A stretch of 64,000 bases of DNA, from positions 32,001 through 96,000 of IMG/VR virus record IMGVR_UViG_3300020057_000001, one strand, 5' to 3'. Made by a program: the position numbers and the translations under genes. This document shows positions 36,354-46,583 of the stretch, piece after piece. Every line of letters begins with the position of its first letter. Position 1 is the first letter of the stretch. This stretch comes from a virus. Under the pieces are notes generated by a model. That model was not told the DNA's origin, did not search any database, and saw nothing but the letters and a program-made list of their open reading frames with translations.

Positions 36354-38732
36354 ATGGCCGGAACTATTAGTCACGCATCGCTCGCGTCACTTGGGTCTTT
36401 ACATAACGCACGCGTCGATCTGGTCTCAGGTGCTCCCGCTGGGTCGCCTCTTTACATTGGCCAAACTGCGTGGGACCAAGTCAACTCCCGCTTTTACATA
36501 GCGGTCGGTACCAATCCCGGAGACTGGGTGACTACTTCTATACCCGACGCGGTCTCCGTAGCTGACACCGCAACGGTTAACCTAACCCTTTCGAGCGGTT
36601 TATTATCGGCGGACGTCATAGAGGCAGCACTTTCGCTGCTCTCGACGCAGATCAGCGACTTTACGGCTGCGGTTACCACTAACAGTGACGTCGCGCAGAA
36701 CACCGCCAAGCGTCACGAGAGCTTGACCATTCCTGCGTCTCACACCCCGACTAGTATTGTCAACGGGTTAGAGCTTAATTTCATCAACCAAACTTTAAAG
36801 CTTTCTCAAAACCTTTCGACCGCAGGTTCTCCCATTTTTCAGGGCGCTACTCTCTCTACCCTGAGTACAGGTTTACTCCATGCAAACTCTTCGGGTGTTT
36901 TGTCCTCCTCTTTAGGAGTAAATGCGGATATTTCAGCTTCCGCTGCAATTGCAGGGACTAAGATTGCGCCCAACTTTGGATCTCAGACCGTACAAACCTC
37001 GGGACCCATTTTAGGGCAGAACTTTAACATCCAAGCGGGACAGACAGTCGTTACGCTTTTCCCAGACGCATTAGCCATTCAAATCGGTCAGTCAGCCACC
37101 CCCAAGGTTATTCAAATTGGTGGACCAAACGACATTGTGCAGATTCAGGGCAGCGCAATTATTAACCAAACCACAAACACATCGTCGAGAGACTCGACCG
37201 TGGTGATCAACCAGGGCGGCCTTGCGGGGTCAAGCGGGCAGGCAGGGCTTTACATTGAAGAAGCTGCGGTTGCTCTACTCCCAGCCACTACGAGCAATTG
37301 GCAGTCCGCCAATATTGTCAGAATGGCGATGGCTTCTACAGGAGCTATCACCGTAGGTAGCTTGGTAAATGTGCTAGGATTTAGCAACGCCCAAAACAAC
37401 GGGACTTTTCCTGTGACGTCCGTCTCAGCAAACGTCTTCATTGAGATTGACAATGCTCTGAGAACCGACGCTGCTTTAGATGAAGCCAGTGCGTCTGCCA
37501 CCGTGACCAACCCAGATTCAGCTAAAGGCTACGCCCGCATCTCGGCTGATAGAGCCTCTTGGGAATTCCAACCTTCTGGAGTTTCCGGACAGTTCATTTT
37601 TACCCCTGGCGCTTCTACTTTTACGTTTAACCAAGGCGTAAACTCCGCAGACGCCGTGTCTTTTTCTTCTCTGGCTCTCACAGGCGCGGGTACGGCTCTC
37701 TCTGTTACCAACAACTCGAGTCTGCTAGGCGACGTTGTGCTCGGGGTCGATAACACTAAAACGCTAGTCGTAAACTCGACAATTGCTTCCAATCTGTCTT
37801 TGGGCACGGGCTACAATATTACGCTATCTAACACGGGTCGGCTCGACGCACCTTTGGATCTCAATCTAGGCACCGTGAACGCCACGGTCGTAAATTTAGG
37901 GAGCGCTGGTACGGCTGTCACTCTGGCAAGTTTGACGGACGGTGTAGTGCTGTCTAGCAGCGGGGGTGTTCTTTCTTCTGGGCAAATCGTAAACACTAAC
38001 GTATCTAACTTAGCAGCAATAGCTTACTCAAAGCTTGCTCTTTCTAACTCTCTAGTCAATGCAGATATTAATGCTTCAGCAGCTATCGCTTACTCTAAGC
38101 TTGCTCTTTCCAACTCTCTAGTCAATGCAGATATTAATGCTTCAGCAGCTATCGCTTACTCTAAGCTTGCTCTTTCCAACTCTCTAGTAAATGCGGACGT
38201 TGCTCCGAGTGCAGCTATTGCTTACTCCAAGCTTGCTTTAACAAACTCTCTAGTCAATGCGGATATTGATGCTTCAGCAGCAATAGCTTACTCAAAGCTT
38301 GCTCTTTCCAACTCTCTAGTCAATGCAGATATTAATGCTTCAGCGGCTATAGCCGGAACAAAGATTGCACCTGACTTTGGCGCACAAACGGTAACCACGA
38401 CAGGTCTTACTCAAAGTGGCTCGTCGCGCATAACGGGCGCCGTGTACAGGTCCGTGGTTGCCACGCGGACGGCAAACTACTCTATCGCCGCAAACGACTA
38501 CGTTGTGAAGACGGATAGTACAAGCGGAACCTTTACGGTGACGCTGCCGAGTGCCGTCATAGAGGAAGGACGAGTTGTGTTTTTGAAGGACGTGTCAGAT
38601 TCTTGGGGTGTCGCACCTATTTCGATTACAGCTACCGCGGGACTAGTCGGTGGACTTTCAACGTTTGTAGGAGACGCGGACAGGCAGTCGCTTCAGTTCA
38701 TTAGTGACGGTGCGAATTGGCTTATTCTGTGA
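36354..38732 (+). CDS. Virion fibre-like protein with 22-aa repeats
   Basis: AAIAYSKLALSNSLVNADINAS repeated five times; C-terminal T...LP......G....KD domain; GTAAAAT at 36314. Confidence 0.7.
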   Translation: MAGTISHASLASLGSLHNARVDLVSGAPAGSPLYIGQTAWDQVNSRFYIAVGTNPGDWVTTSIPDAVSVADTATVNLTLSSGLLSADVIEAALSLLSTQISDFTAAVTTNSDVAQNTAKRHESLTIPASHTPTSIVNGLELNFINQTLKLSQNLSTAGSPIFQGATLSTLSTGLLHANSSGVLSSSLGVNADISASAAIAGTKIAPNFGSQTVQTSGPILGQNFNIQAGQTVVTLFPDALAIQIGQSATPKVIQIGGPNDIVQIQGSAIINQTTNTSSRDSTVVINQGGLAGSSGQAGLYIEEAAVALLPATTSNWQSANIVRMAMASTGAITVGSLVNVLGFSNAQNNGTFPVTSVSANVFIEIDNALRTDAALDEASASATVTNPDSAKGYARISADRASWEFQPSGVSGQFIFTPGASTFTFNQGVNSADAVSFSSLALTGAGTALSVTNNSSLLGDVVLGVDNTKTLVVNSTIASNLSLGTGYNITLSNTGRLDAPLDLNLGTVNATVVNLGSAGTAVTLASLTDGVVLSSSGGVLSSGQIVNTNVSNLAAIAYSKLALSNSLVNADINASAAIAYSKLALSNSLVNADINASAAIAYSKLALSNSLVNADVAPSAAIAYSKLALTNSLVNADIDASAAIAYSKLALSNSLVNADINASAAIAGTKIAPDFGAQTVTTTGLTQSGSSRITGAVYRSVVATRTANYSIAANDYVVKTDSTSGTFTVTLPSAVIEEGRVVFLKDVSDSWGVAPISITATAGLVGGLSTFVGDADRQSLQFISDGANWLIL
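38014..38350 (+). repeat. 66-bp tandem repeat, about five copies
   Basis: gcagc.at.gcttactc.aagcttgctctttc.aactctctagtcaatgcagatattaatgcttca. Confidence 0.9.
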
Positions 38733-38886
38733 CGAGTGTAGCTTCGACTGGCTGAGCACTTACCAAGGCTTCAAGCACTTGCAAGGCTTCAATGATAATT
38801 TCATGATCCTTTCGCGTACCTGAAAAATTAGCTGTTGCTTGTCCTACTACTTTGAGGGCGTCTACTGCGGTCATTGCTACGGTCAT
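38722..38886 (-). CDS. Small hypothetical protein (54 aa, not in the ORF track)
   Basis: AGGAG RBS, MTVAMTAVDALKVV... Confidence 0.45.
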   Translation of the reverse strand: MTVAMTAVDALKVVGQATANFSGTRKDHEIIIEALQVLEALVSAQPVEATLVTE

Positions 38887-38895
38887 GTAATTCTC

Positions 38896-39099
38896 CTAAA
38901 GAATTGGGTGGTTAGAAATCGTTTGTACCTTGGGGCTATTGCACTTTTTGCAGTAGAAATTACCAGCACTCTCAAAAGACCCTGAACATGTGTGACACTT
39001 TCGCACCTTAATCAAGATTAAGGGCAGTCCTACCATAGCACGCGCTTGGTTTTGCTGTTCAAGATGCTTTTTTTCACGCTGTAACATTACTTTAATCAT
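38896..39099 (-). CDS. Small zinc-ribbon protein
   Basis: CHTC...CKKC; AGGAG RBS. Confidence 0.6.
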   Translation of the reverse strand: MIKVMLQREKKHLEQQNQARAMVGLPLILIKVRKCHTCSGSFESAGNFYCKKCNSPKVQTISNHPIL

Positions 39100-39163
39100 A
39101 CAAAAACTCCTAAATAAATAATAAAGCAGAGAGAGGAATTTGGCAAGCCTTTCTCGTTTTAAC

Positions 39164-39190
39164 CTATCGGCTAGGCGGTCACGGACTTGA
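39164..39190 (-). promoter_or_regulatory. sigma28/FliA-like promoter
   Basis: Minus strand TCAAGTCC-N11-GCCGATAG, back to back with GTAAAAT at 39192. Confidence 0.65.
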
Positions 39191-39206
39191 GGTAAAATTT
39201 AACTAG

Positions 39207-39311
39207 AACCTGTCCTCCCTGCTTTTGCAGAGTCGCGCAGATTCTGAAAAGTACTTGCCCATAGAGCAGGGAAAAGTAGGAGCTATACGCTCTGAACAGT
39301 AGGGACGGGTT
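39207..39311 (+). ncRNA. Candidate structured RNA / 5' leader of the fibre operon
   Basis: Nested stems 39207-15/39303-11, 39217-23/39265-71, 39228-34/39240-46, 39280-83/39289-92. Confidence 0.4.
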
Positions 39312-39370
39312 TACAAAAACCTAAACAGAATAACCGTTAAACTTTTAGTTTAACAATATTGAGGTGTTAA

Positions 39371-40639
39371 TTGTCATATCAAGGACGGAAACCCGCGCTT
39401 CTCTCGTTACGTACAGGTGAGCTTGTGCTACCAAAAGCTGCGGATATCTCGCTGGCTACAGGTACGTCAAACAATTTAAATATCCCCGCGTCTACCAGTA
39501 ACTCGTACATCCGGTTTACACTCACTGGCGAATCCGTGCTCACCGGTGTCGTGGCTCCTACAGCGCCTTACGCAAGCGGTAAGCTGTACGTGTTTACCAA
39601 CGCGGGCGTCGGTTTGACAATCACTTTGAACAACGAAGATATCAACTCAAACGCTGGTAACCGCTTTATCACCGGGACAGGAAATGACCTCACTATTGCT
39701 GAAGGTGCTTCTGTCTTTGCAATCTACGACGACGGCGCATCGCGCTGGCGTATCGTGGGCGGCTCCGGCTCCGGTTCTGGCTCAGGTACTTTCAAAAACT
39801 ACTATTCTGTTTGGTTTGACTCGACCAAAAATATTCCGAGCACAAGCAACGGTACCGTGTCCGCTGCGGGTAACCGCACTGCAACTGACGTTCAGTGGGC
39901 TTCGACGAACACTTCGGACATCAGCGTAATACGCTCAGCAATCACGCCGCTTCGGGGAAGGTACTCATACATCTTTCAGGGTACTACGGCAAACGCAGCG
40001 GGAACTACATTCGTTGAATCGCCTACCTTTACATTAGACAATGTAGACCGAGCGACCTCAACTCTCTTACAGCCGATGTACATATCGTTTGAGTACAATG
40101 GTGTTGGCGCTGATGGAGATAACGATCTTATCTTAGTCAGATACAACTCCGCTGGTACGTTCGGATCTGTTCAAACTATTTTTACTGCCGCTGGGCAAAG
40201 TGCCACAGCAACGCCCGGCGCTCGAATCTTGTCAGCGGGTCCTCGGTTTTTTGGGTATGTTCCTGCGGGGATTACTGCAAACGTGGGCGATAAATTCGCT
40301 GTGCGGTTTAGAAACCTTGCGGCGGCTTCAGTCGGCTTAAGAATTACAGGCTTCTACACGGGGCCTAACGCCGACATCGGCTCTACTTCGCAACGGTTTG
40401 TCGGTGATAAAGAATTTGCCGACCGGTTGGTTGCACGGGAAGGAACAACAGTTCCACAGCAACTCGATATCGGCTCTACGACCACAATACTCGCAGGAGA
40501 AACAAGAATCGTCGGGCGCTTGGACATAGCTTCTGGGACAACTATTAACCTTGCGGCGGCTGACAGCTATCTCGTAACTGCCGGACCGATTACAGGACCT
40601 GGGACTTTAAGCGGACCGGGCGTTATCATAAGCGTTTAA
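39371..40639 (+). CDS. Virion/tail protein (paralogous domain to 43676..46171)
   Basis: GAGGT RBS, TTG start; KNY, LRG..SY and RYNSAG segments shared with 43676. Confidence 0.65.
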   Translation: MSYQGRKPALLSLRTGELVLPKAADISLATGTSNNLNIPASTSNSYIRFTLTGESVLTGVVAPTAPYASGKLYVFTNAGVGLTITLNNEDINSNAGNRFITGTGNDLTIAEGASVFAIYDDGASRWRIVGGSGSGSGSGTFKNYYSVWFDSTKNIPSTSNGTVSAAGNRTATDVQWASTNTSDISVIRSAITPLRGRYSYIFQGTTANAAGTTFVESPTFTLDNVDRATSTLLQPMYISFEYNGVGADGDNDLILVRYNSAGTFGSVQTIFTAAGQSATATPGARILSAGPRFFGYVPAGITANVGDKFAVRFRNLAAASVGLRITGFYTGPNADIGSTSQRFVGDKEFADRLVAREGTTVPQQLDIGSTTTILAGETRIVGRLDIASGTTINLAAADSYLVTAGPITGPGTLSGPGVIISV

Positions 40640-40657
40640 CTTTTAAGGAGAAAATCT

Positions 40658-42430
40658 GTGTCTTTTATACCAAACTTAACAAGCTCCCCGTCCCTCGCGG
40701 TAGACGGACTTGCGGGTACTTCTGCAAGTGCTCCTGTAGCCTTCCCAGCCGGATTCACCGGCGTAGGAGCTATACCGTTTGCTGCCGCTGACGCAGCGCT
40801 GACCATGACTGTCGCAGTGCATGGGTCTCTAGTGTCTATGACGCCCACAGCTACAAGAATTATTACTCTAGCTTCAACGGGAGTTGCTACAGGTTTTCCT
40901 GTAATGATCATCAATAATAGCGCAACGTTTAGTATCACGATCAATGCCTCGGGTGGTACGCAAATCACGGTATGCGGCCCTTCCACTAGTATCAGTCTTT
41001 ATTCAAACACTGCTGCACCAACGTTAAACACGCAGTGGAGCATTGCAAACGGCGGCGCGTTTCTGCTTTCAGGTAACAGTGTCGGCGCTGCGATTACGCT
41101 TGGAACTAATGACAACTTTGATCTGAATCTCAGAACAAATGGAGTTGTCGGACTGACGTTAAGTACTGCGGGCGCTGTTACGATGGGATTCACCCCGTCA
41201 ACAAACATAACGCACCGAGTAAACGGCAGGGAGCTTAGACTTATAGGCCCTACTGGCGACCCAGCCTTCTTTCAAACAGACCAAGCAACGAATAACGCAG
41301 GTAAAAGGTGGCGCTTCGGGCATACTGGCGGAATCGCAGGTTTTAACAGTTTCGATTTACAGAACGAAACAGATAACATCATTGCATTTTCGGCTTCGAG
41401 CGCAGGCGCTGTTACGATGGGGGCTAGCGCAGCAGTGGGATTGAAGCACTCGCTGATTGGGAACAACGTGCTTGTCCTTGGAGATGGCGGCACCGTTGAC
41501 TTTAAAAACAGGGCAGAGACAACAACGTTTATGTCGATACAGACGACGACCGGCGCTGTTACGATTGGGCCACCGGTCAATCTGAATTACAACGGAACAG
41601 CACACAGTATTGCGGGCGGATTGAGAGTTGCTACTCCGACTTCGCCGAGTACCGACCAAGCTTACTCGTTCAACCTGACAGCTAACTCGCTTGGTGATAA
41701 TGCAACGCATACTCGCACCAACACGGCAAACGGTGGTGTAAGATTCATTTTAAATCCCAGAACATCGGACAATGATTCCTGCTTTAATATACAGACAACA
41801 CCTGCCGGAAGCTCGCTTGCGACAAGTCCCGACAAAACGGTTTTTGCTGTAACCGCAGCAGGCTCTGTTACGCTGGGGCCTTCTGCTGGTCTCGCGGGCT
41901 TTCACCTTATCCGAAACACCTCGACAACGTCGTCAACTTTATACCTAAGTAACAGCAGCACTAGTACATCGTCAGATACGCACTACAGTCTGATATGTGA
42001 AAAAGGTTCAACAACTGTTTCGACTTCACAGAACTACATCTTGTTTCAAGCCAACGCTGGCGCAAGCCTAAACGGCAAAATCAACGGTAACGGCGCTAAC
42101 AGTGCCGCCTTCGGCTCAACGTCTGATAGCAGAGTAAAAGAGAACGTAGCTGATATGGAACCAATGCTCGCAAACATGGTTGCACTGAGACCTGTTACGT
42201 TTGACTATATCCAAACTGCGTCAACAAGCGCCGGTGAAGGCGTCGGCTTTATTGCTCAAGAAATGGAAGTAATATTTCCAGACGCAGTGAGCGAAGACGG
42301 CAACGGCTTTAAGCAGATTAGCGGTTGGGACAAAACAACGGCTCGGCTTGTCAAAGCTCTGCAAGAACTATCAGCTAAAAATGACGCACTAGAAGCTAGA
42401 CTAGCAACATTAGAAGGAATAACCCTATGA
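40658..42430 (+). CDS. Tail fibre/spike with peptidase S74 intramolecular chaperone
   Basis: LGTNDNFDL.LRTNG; SDSRVKENV, GFIAQE, LVKALQEL coiled coil. Confidence 0.85.
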   Translation: MSFIPNLTSSPSLAVDGLAGTSASAPVAFPAGFTGVGAIPFAAADAALTMTVAVHGSLVSMTPTATRIITLASTGVATGFPVMIINNSATFSITINASGGTQITVCGPSTSISLYSNTAAPTLNTQWSIANGGAFLLSGNSVGAAITLGTNDNFDLNLRTNGVVGLTLSTAGAVTMGFTPSTNITHRVNGRELRLIGPTGDPAFFQTDQATNNAGKRWRFGHTGGIAGFNSFDLQNETDNIIAFSASSAGAVTMGASAAVGLKHSLIGNNVLVLGDGGTVDFKNRAETTTFMSIQTTTGAVTIGPPVNLNYNGTAHSIAGGLRVATPTSPSTDQAYSFNLTANSLGDNATHTRTNTANGGVRFILNPRTSDNDSCFNIQTTPAGSSLATSPDKTVFAVTAAGSVTLGPSAGLAGFHLIRNTSTTSSTLYLSNSSTSTSSDTHYSLICEKGSTTVSTSQNYILFQANAGASLNGKINGNGANSAAFGSTSDSRVKENVADMEPMLANMVALRPVTFDYIQTASTSAGEGVGFIAQEMEVIFPDAVSEDGNGFKQISGWDKTTARLVKALQELSAKNDALEARLATLEGITL

Positions 42431-43674
42431 GTTTTATCCCAGGCGCAAGCAGTACGCCTTCAACATTTCCCGACGGTTTTAGTCTATCTGCTGGTAGCGT
42501 AACTAACGCTACGCTGCGATGGTCCTCGCCGACAACTGGTCTGTACGAACCAGGAACTAACCAGATCGGCTTTACTAATGCGGGCGTGCAAACATTCTTA
42601 ATGAGCGCTGCTGGAGCGGTTACGATTGGGCCGAGCGCTTTTGTGGGGGCGCATGTAATTAATGGCGCTCATTTATCAATACGAAACAGCGGGTCCAACG
42701 GAGGTTACATCGAGGGCCAGCAGGCAGGTGTGCCACAGTGGTTTATCGGTAAACACCCGTATAATAATTTCACTGGTAACAACGTTGGTATTGGTTCGGT
42801 AGTCGCGGGAGTTGGGCTTGAATTTGCGTCTGCAAATGTGTTGTGCGGAGCAGTAAGTGCAGCGGGCGCTTGGGCGTTTGGGCCTGCTCCTAGTGCGGGC
42901 GCTAACCTTGAGCATATCTTTCAATCGCAGGTACAAACACAACTTTCAATTAGGTCGTTAACCGGCAATTCGTCAATACTTAATTTTCAGCAGGGAAGTA
43001 CAAACCGTCTTCAAATTAGGCACAACCCAGGGGTGAACAGAGCAGAGCTGCTTGTAGGGAACCCTGCGACTCTTGTAGCTGCCGAGATCAGCCCAACAGG
43101 AGCTTGGACGCTGGGCGACGGAACCAACAACACCGCATCGCATGTGTTCAGGGCGAACACAACAAACGAATGGGTTGTCAGAGTTCAAAACTTGTCGAAT
43201 AGTAACCCTTACGGTCAAGCGATAACATTCACAGCGGCAGCGCCTAATGACACTACTCGACTGTTTTTTGAATGTGCGGACAATGTTGGGGTAAGGGCAA
43301 CAATACGGTCGAATGGTGGTATTGCGAACTTTTCAGCCAATAACGTAAACTTGTCAGATGCGCGGCTGAAAGAAGCTATCGAGCCTGCGCCTTCTTATCT
43401 CGCAAAGCTGTTACAAGTTGAAGTCGTTAACTACAAGTTTAAAGACCAGACCCATGATGATTTCAACTTAGGCGTTATTGCCCAGCAGCTTGACTCGGTT
43501 TGTCCTGAACTCGTTGACAAAGATGGCTTTGGTACAACGCCCGCAGACGGCATTCCTTTAATGTCTGTATACCAAACCGACCTCCAATACGCGCTCTTAA
43601 AAGCACTACAAGAACTATCAGCAAAAGTAGACGCACAGGCTGCTGAACTAGAAATATTAAAAGGATTAAACTAA
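42427..43674 (+). CDS. Tail fibre/spike with peptidase S74 intramolecular chaperone
   Basis: SDARLKEAI, GVIAQQ, LLKALQEL. Confidence 0.85.
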   Translation: MSFIPGASSTPSTFPDGFSLSAGSVTNATLRWSSPTTGLYEPGTNQIGFTNAGVQTFLMSAAGAVTIGPSAFVGAHVINGAHLSIRNSGSNGGYIEGQQAGVPQWFIGKHPYNNFTGNNVGIGSVVAGVGLEFASANVLCGAVSAAGAWAFGPAPSAGANLEHIFQSQVQTQLSIRSLTGNSSILNFQQGSTNRLQIRHNPGVNRAELLVGNPATLVAAEISPTGAWTLGDGTNNTASHVFRANTTNEWVVRVQNLSNSNPYGQAITFTAAAPNDTTRLFFECADNVGVRATIRSNGGIANFSANNVNLSDARLKEAIEPAPSYLAKLLQVEVVNYKFKDQTHDDFNLGVIAQQLDSVCPELVDKDGFGTTPADGIPLMSVYQTDLQYALLKALQELSAKVDAQAAELEILKGLN

Positions 43675-43675
43675 A

Positions 43676-46171
43676 ATGGCATTCTTACCAGGAAATACAG
43701 CATCCCCGTCGACCGCGACGGACGGCATTGTCGGCAAGGGTCAGCTCGGCAATAACGAAACAATATCTGCTACTCGTGTACTGACTAACGCGGATAGAAG
43801 AATTCAAGTACTGACGCCTTCAGGTGCAATAAGAATAGTTCAGCTTCCTACTACAGCCATTGTTGCTGGAGAAGCTTGGGCTATAACATGTGCTGCAAGC
43901 TCAGGCTTTGGATTAACTGTTCAAAGTTCAAATGGAACAACAATCGTCACGCTTAACCCCGGCGAAGCGATGACTTATTCGGCTAATATTGCTACTCCTG
44001 TAGCTGCTACAGATTGGAGTTTTTCTGGGGTTGCAGTAACTGCTACTCTTGCTCAAACTCTTTTAAACAAAGTAGTTTCATCAACCGCCGCAATCACAGG
44101 TGCTCTAACATTACCCTCCGGAACAGTGGCTAACCGCTCTGCTCTAGCTACGGTCGGGATGATTAGGCATAATACCGACGCAAACGAGTTCGAAGGATTT
44201 TCGAATGGGACTTGGGCAAGTGTGGGCGGTGGATTAAACGAGCAACCAGTTAAAAACTACCTTAAGACATTCTCTAATGCCTCTGTAGCTCCTGGGACAG
44301 TATCTAACCTTGCTTCAACAACCGCTAACCTTGTTTCTTTAACTGCGTTTTACACGGGTACAGCGGCTAACGCTTCTGCTGTTACAAGTCCGGCGAATAC
44401 TGAGCTGAGAGGCTCAACCAACTACCTTACAGCGGCGCTGACATCTAACCCCACCGGTACATCGTTTGTGCAGTTCCCCGCCTTCGCTTTAGAAGGCGCA
44501 GACCTCGGCAAACCCGTCATGCTCAACTTTGATATCCTTGGCGTTACTGCTGATGGAAATTGGGATGTAGTCGTAGTCAGGTACAACTCATCGGGTGTTC
44601 ACCAGAGCATTATATCAGTTGCTGGGAACGCATCCGCAGCAACTCCTGCAAGTGCTAAACTGCCAACGGGCACGTCAAGATTCAGCGGCTTTTGGGTGCC
44701 AGACAGCATTACCCCTTCTGACCTCTACGCTGTGCGACCGAGAAGTTTGGCAGGCAGTGTTGCAGTGCGATTCGATACGCTTTTCTCAGGGCCGCAAGTG
44801 CTGATGCAGACGGGTGCTTTGACCGACCCAATCATAACCACAGGCATCACTGTTTCAGGTTTTGGCGCAACTCCAACGGTCGCGAGTGTATATTCCAGAA
44901 TTGGCCAAAACGCTCACATTCGGACGGTAGTAAAAGTAACAGCGGCATCAGGTTACGGTAATCATGTTTTCACACTTCCGGCAGAATTAACGCCAGACTT
45001 TACCAAGATACCAGGGCAGGAAGGCGGATTCGGCACGACCAATGCTTGGGTAGGTGAGGCTAGTATTGTCAATACCTCAACGGGTACACTTTGGAAAGGA
45101 AGGGTTCTTCTTAACACCTCAAGACAGATGACGCCATACGGGCCGAATGGTCAAGGCGACTGGAACGGAACGGTTCCCGTTGCGCTGTCAACTAACATGT
45201 CAATAACTCTTGATGTTATAATCCCAATAGTCGGCTGGTCGAGTAACGTAACAGCGGGTGATAGGAGTGTCTCAGAGTACGCTAGTAACTCAGGTGTCGG
45301 CGGTGTAGCTGCGAATACAATTTACACCACAGGAAGTGTACAAGGCGCTCTTGGTTCCCAATTTGTTTCAGTCAATAGTGTTACCTCAGGTGGTAATACA
45401 AAATACCGGCTTGATTGGGCGACAGCAATTCAGGCAACGGACACATTTATAATACAGACGACACAAGACTTCGGAGTTACTTTTCAAAATGAAGGCGGCT
45501 CAATTTCGTACATCGGACGAGGGCGTCAAGGCGCGTCAGAATACGGGATGTGGACTGAGCCCATTAACGCAAGCCAAAATTACATAGTCTTCGGTAACCA
45601 AGGGCGCATGATATCGAATGCAGGCTACGCAGGCTCAGGCGCTGCATGGTCTGATATTGCAGGCAGTGCGCAGTACCTATTCAGAGTATTAAAAGTAAGC
45701 GGCGGCGCAGTAGTCGGGTTTCCGATTGGCTCACCGAATATTACTGGGCGCACCGATGGAATTGCGCAGCCTGCGGGGATTGTAGGAGAGGTTATTAATG
45801 GAACGAATCTTTCACCTGCGCTTGGCTCATCAGGGGTAGTGGTTAACCACTATTCGATAGCATTAACAGCGGGGAACTGGCGCATCGAAGGAACTACGGG
45901 CTTTAACATAGGTACCACGGCGGTTGTTGGCTCGGACAATTATATAGTCGTCTCAGTTTCTTCAACTTCCGCGTCAGAACAAAACCCTCTGGGAATCACA
46001 AGTCTGGCACCGGTCGGGTCGGGCGGCGGAAGGCAGACGGGGACATCTAGGTGCATTTCGATATCAGCATCCGCAACGTGGTTTCTCACGGCAAGGCACG
46101 GCATCACGACAGCAGGAAATGCATCGGTTGATTCAGGAACAGGATTTTTTAGGGCTGTCAGAATCTCATGA
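43676..46171 (+). CDS. Tail fibre/virion protein
   Basis: LTLPSGTVANR....GMIRHNT....FEG motif of phage fibre proteins. Confidence 0.75.
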   Translation: MAFLPGNTASPSTATDGIVGKGQLGNNETISATRVLTNADRRIQVLTPSGAIRIVQLPTTAIVAGEAWAITCAASSGFGLTVQSSNGTTIVTLNPGEAMTYSANIATPVAATDWSFSGVAVTATLAQTLLNKVVSSTAAITGALTLPSGTVANRSALATVGMIRHNTDANEFEGFSNGTWASVGGGLNEQPVKNYLKTFSNASVAPGTVSNLASTTANLVSLTAFYTGTAANASAVTSPANTELRGSTNYLTAALTSNPTGTSFVQFPAFALEGADLGKPVMLNFDILGVTADGNWDVVVVRYNSSGVHQSIISVAGNASAATPASAKLPTGTSRFSGFWVPDSITPSDLYAVRPRSLAGSVAVRFDTLFSGPQVLMQTGALTDPIITTGITVSGFGATPTVASVYSRIGQNAHIRTVVKVTAASGYGNHVFTLPAELTPDFTKIPGQEGGFGTTNAWVGEASIVNTSTGTLWKGRVLLNTSRQMTPYGPNGQGDWNGTVPVALSTNMSITLDVIIPIVGWSSNVTAGDRSVSEYASNSGVGGVAANTIYTTGSVQGALGSQFVSVNSVTSGGNTKYRLDWATAIQATDTFIIQTTQDFGVTFQNEGGSISYIGRGRQGASEYGMWTEPINASQNYIVFGNQGRMISNAGYAGSGAAWSDIAGSAQYLFRVLKVSGGAVVGFPIGSPNITGRTDGIAQPAGIVGEVINGTNLSPALGSSGVVVNHYSIALTAGNWRIEGTTGFNIGTTAVVGSDNYIVVSVSSTSASEQNPLGITSLAPVGSGGGRQTGTSRCISISASATWFLTARHGITTAGNASVDSGTGFFRAVRIS

Positions 46172-46242
46172 AACACCTAGCCGATAGGCGCAGAAAGCAT
46201 AGCGGCTTTCAATTAGTTTAGAACTTGCATGGTGCGAGAATA

Positions 46243-46563
46243 CTAGTTGAGGGCCAGTCTTTCAGACGCTGCTTCATTTCTAAGCTCAACAGCCAGTCTA
46301 TAATAGTCGTCTGCATCCAGCGGTTCTTCGTCGTCGCTCAGACAGCTCGGGTATCCTTGAGATGCTGCGTATTCTTTTAATTGATCCGCAATTTGTTGCA
46401 TCGGGGAATCCGGCGATAAGCCTAATTCTTTCATTGTGTTAAGAGCCGAAAGTGCACTTCCCGTGAGGTCTGCCCAATAATTCACCATTTTGATTTCCTT
46501 TGCAACTACTGAAACTTGTGAAACTTGTGACGGCTTAACCCTCACATCTCCTGTATCGGACAA
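46243..46563 (-). CDS. Hypothetical protein (start uncertain, probably near 46488)
   Basis: AAGGA before MVNYW. Confidence 0.45.
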   Translation of the reverse strand: MSDTGDVRVKPSQVSQVSVVAKEIKMVNYWADLTGSALSALNTMKELGLSPDSPMQQIADQLKEYAASQGYPSCLSDDEEPLDADDYYRLAVELRNEAASERLALN

Positions 46564-46583
46564 TCATCAGAACAAGTAAAGGC

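Noticed and set aside
38014-38350. 66-bp repeats as a possible CRISPR array
   Set aside because: Contiguous in-frame coding repeats with no unique spacers and no cas genes
39207-39311. tRNA or known riboswitch identity for the structured leader
   Set aside because: No T-loop GTTCRA or cloverleaf spacing and no aptamer consensus recognised; kept only as an unassigned candidate
39371-46171. Diversity-generating retroelement acting on the fibre genes
   Set aside because: No reverse transcriptase in the window, and no TR/VR pair with adenine-specific mismatches was seen
46553-46579. Additional sigma28-like promoter
   Set aside because: The -10 TCCGATAC is present but there is no TAAAG-like -35 at the correct spacing
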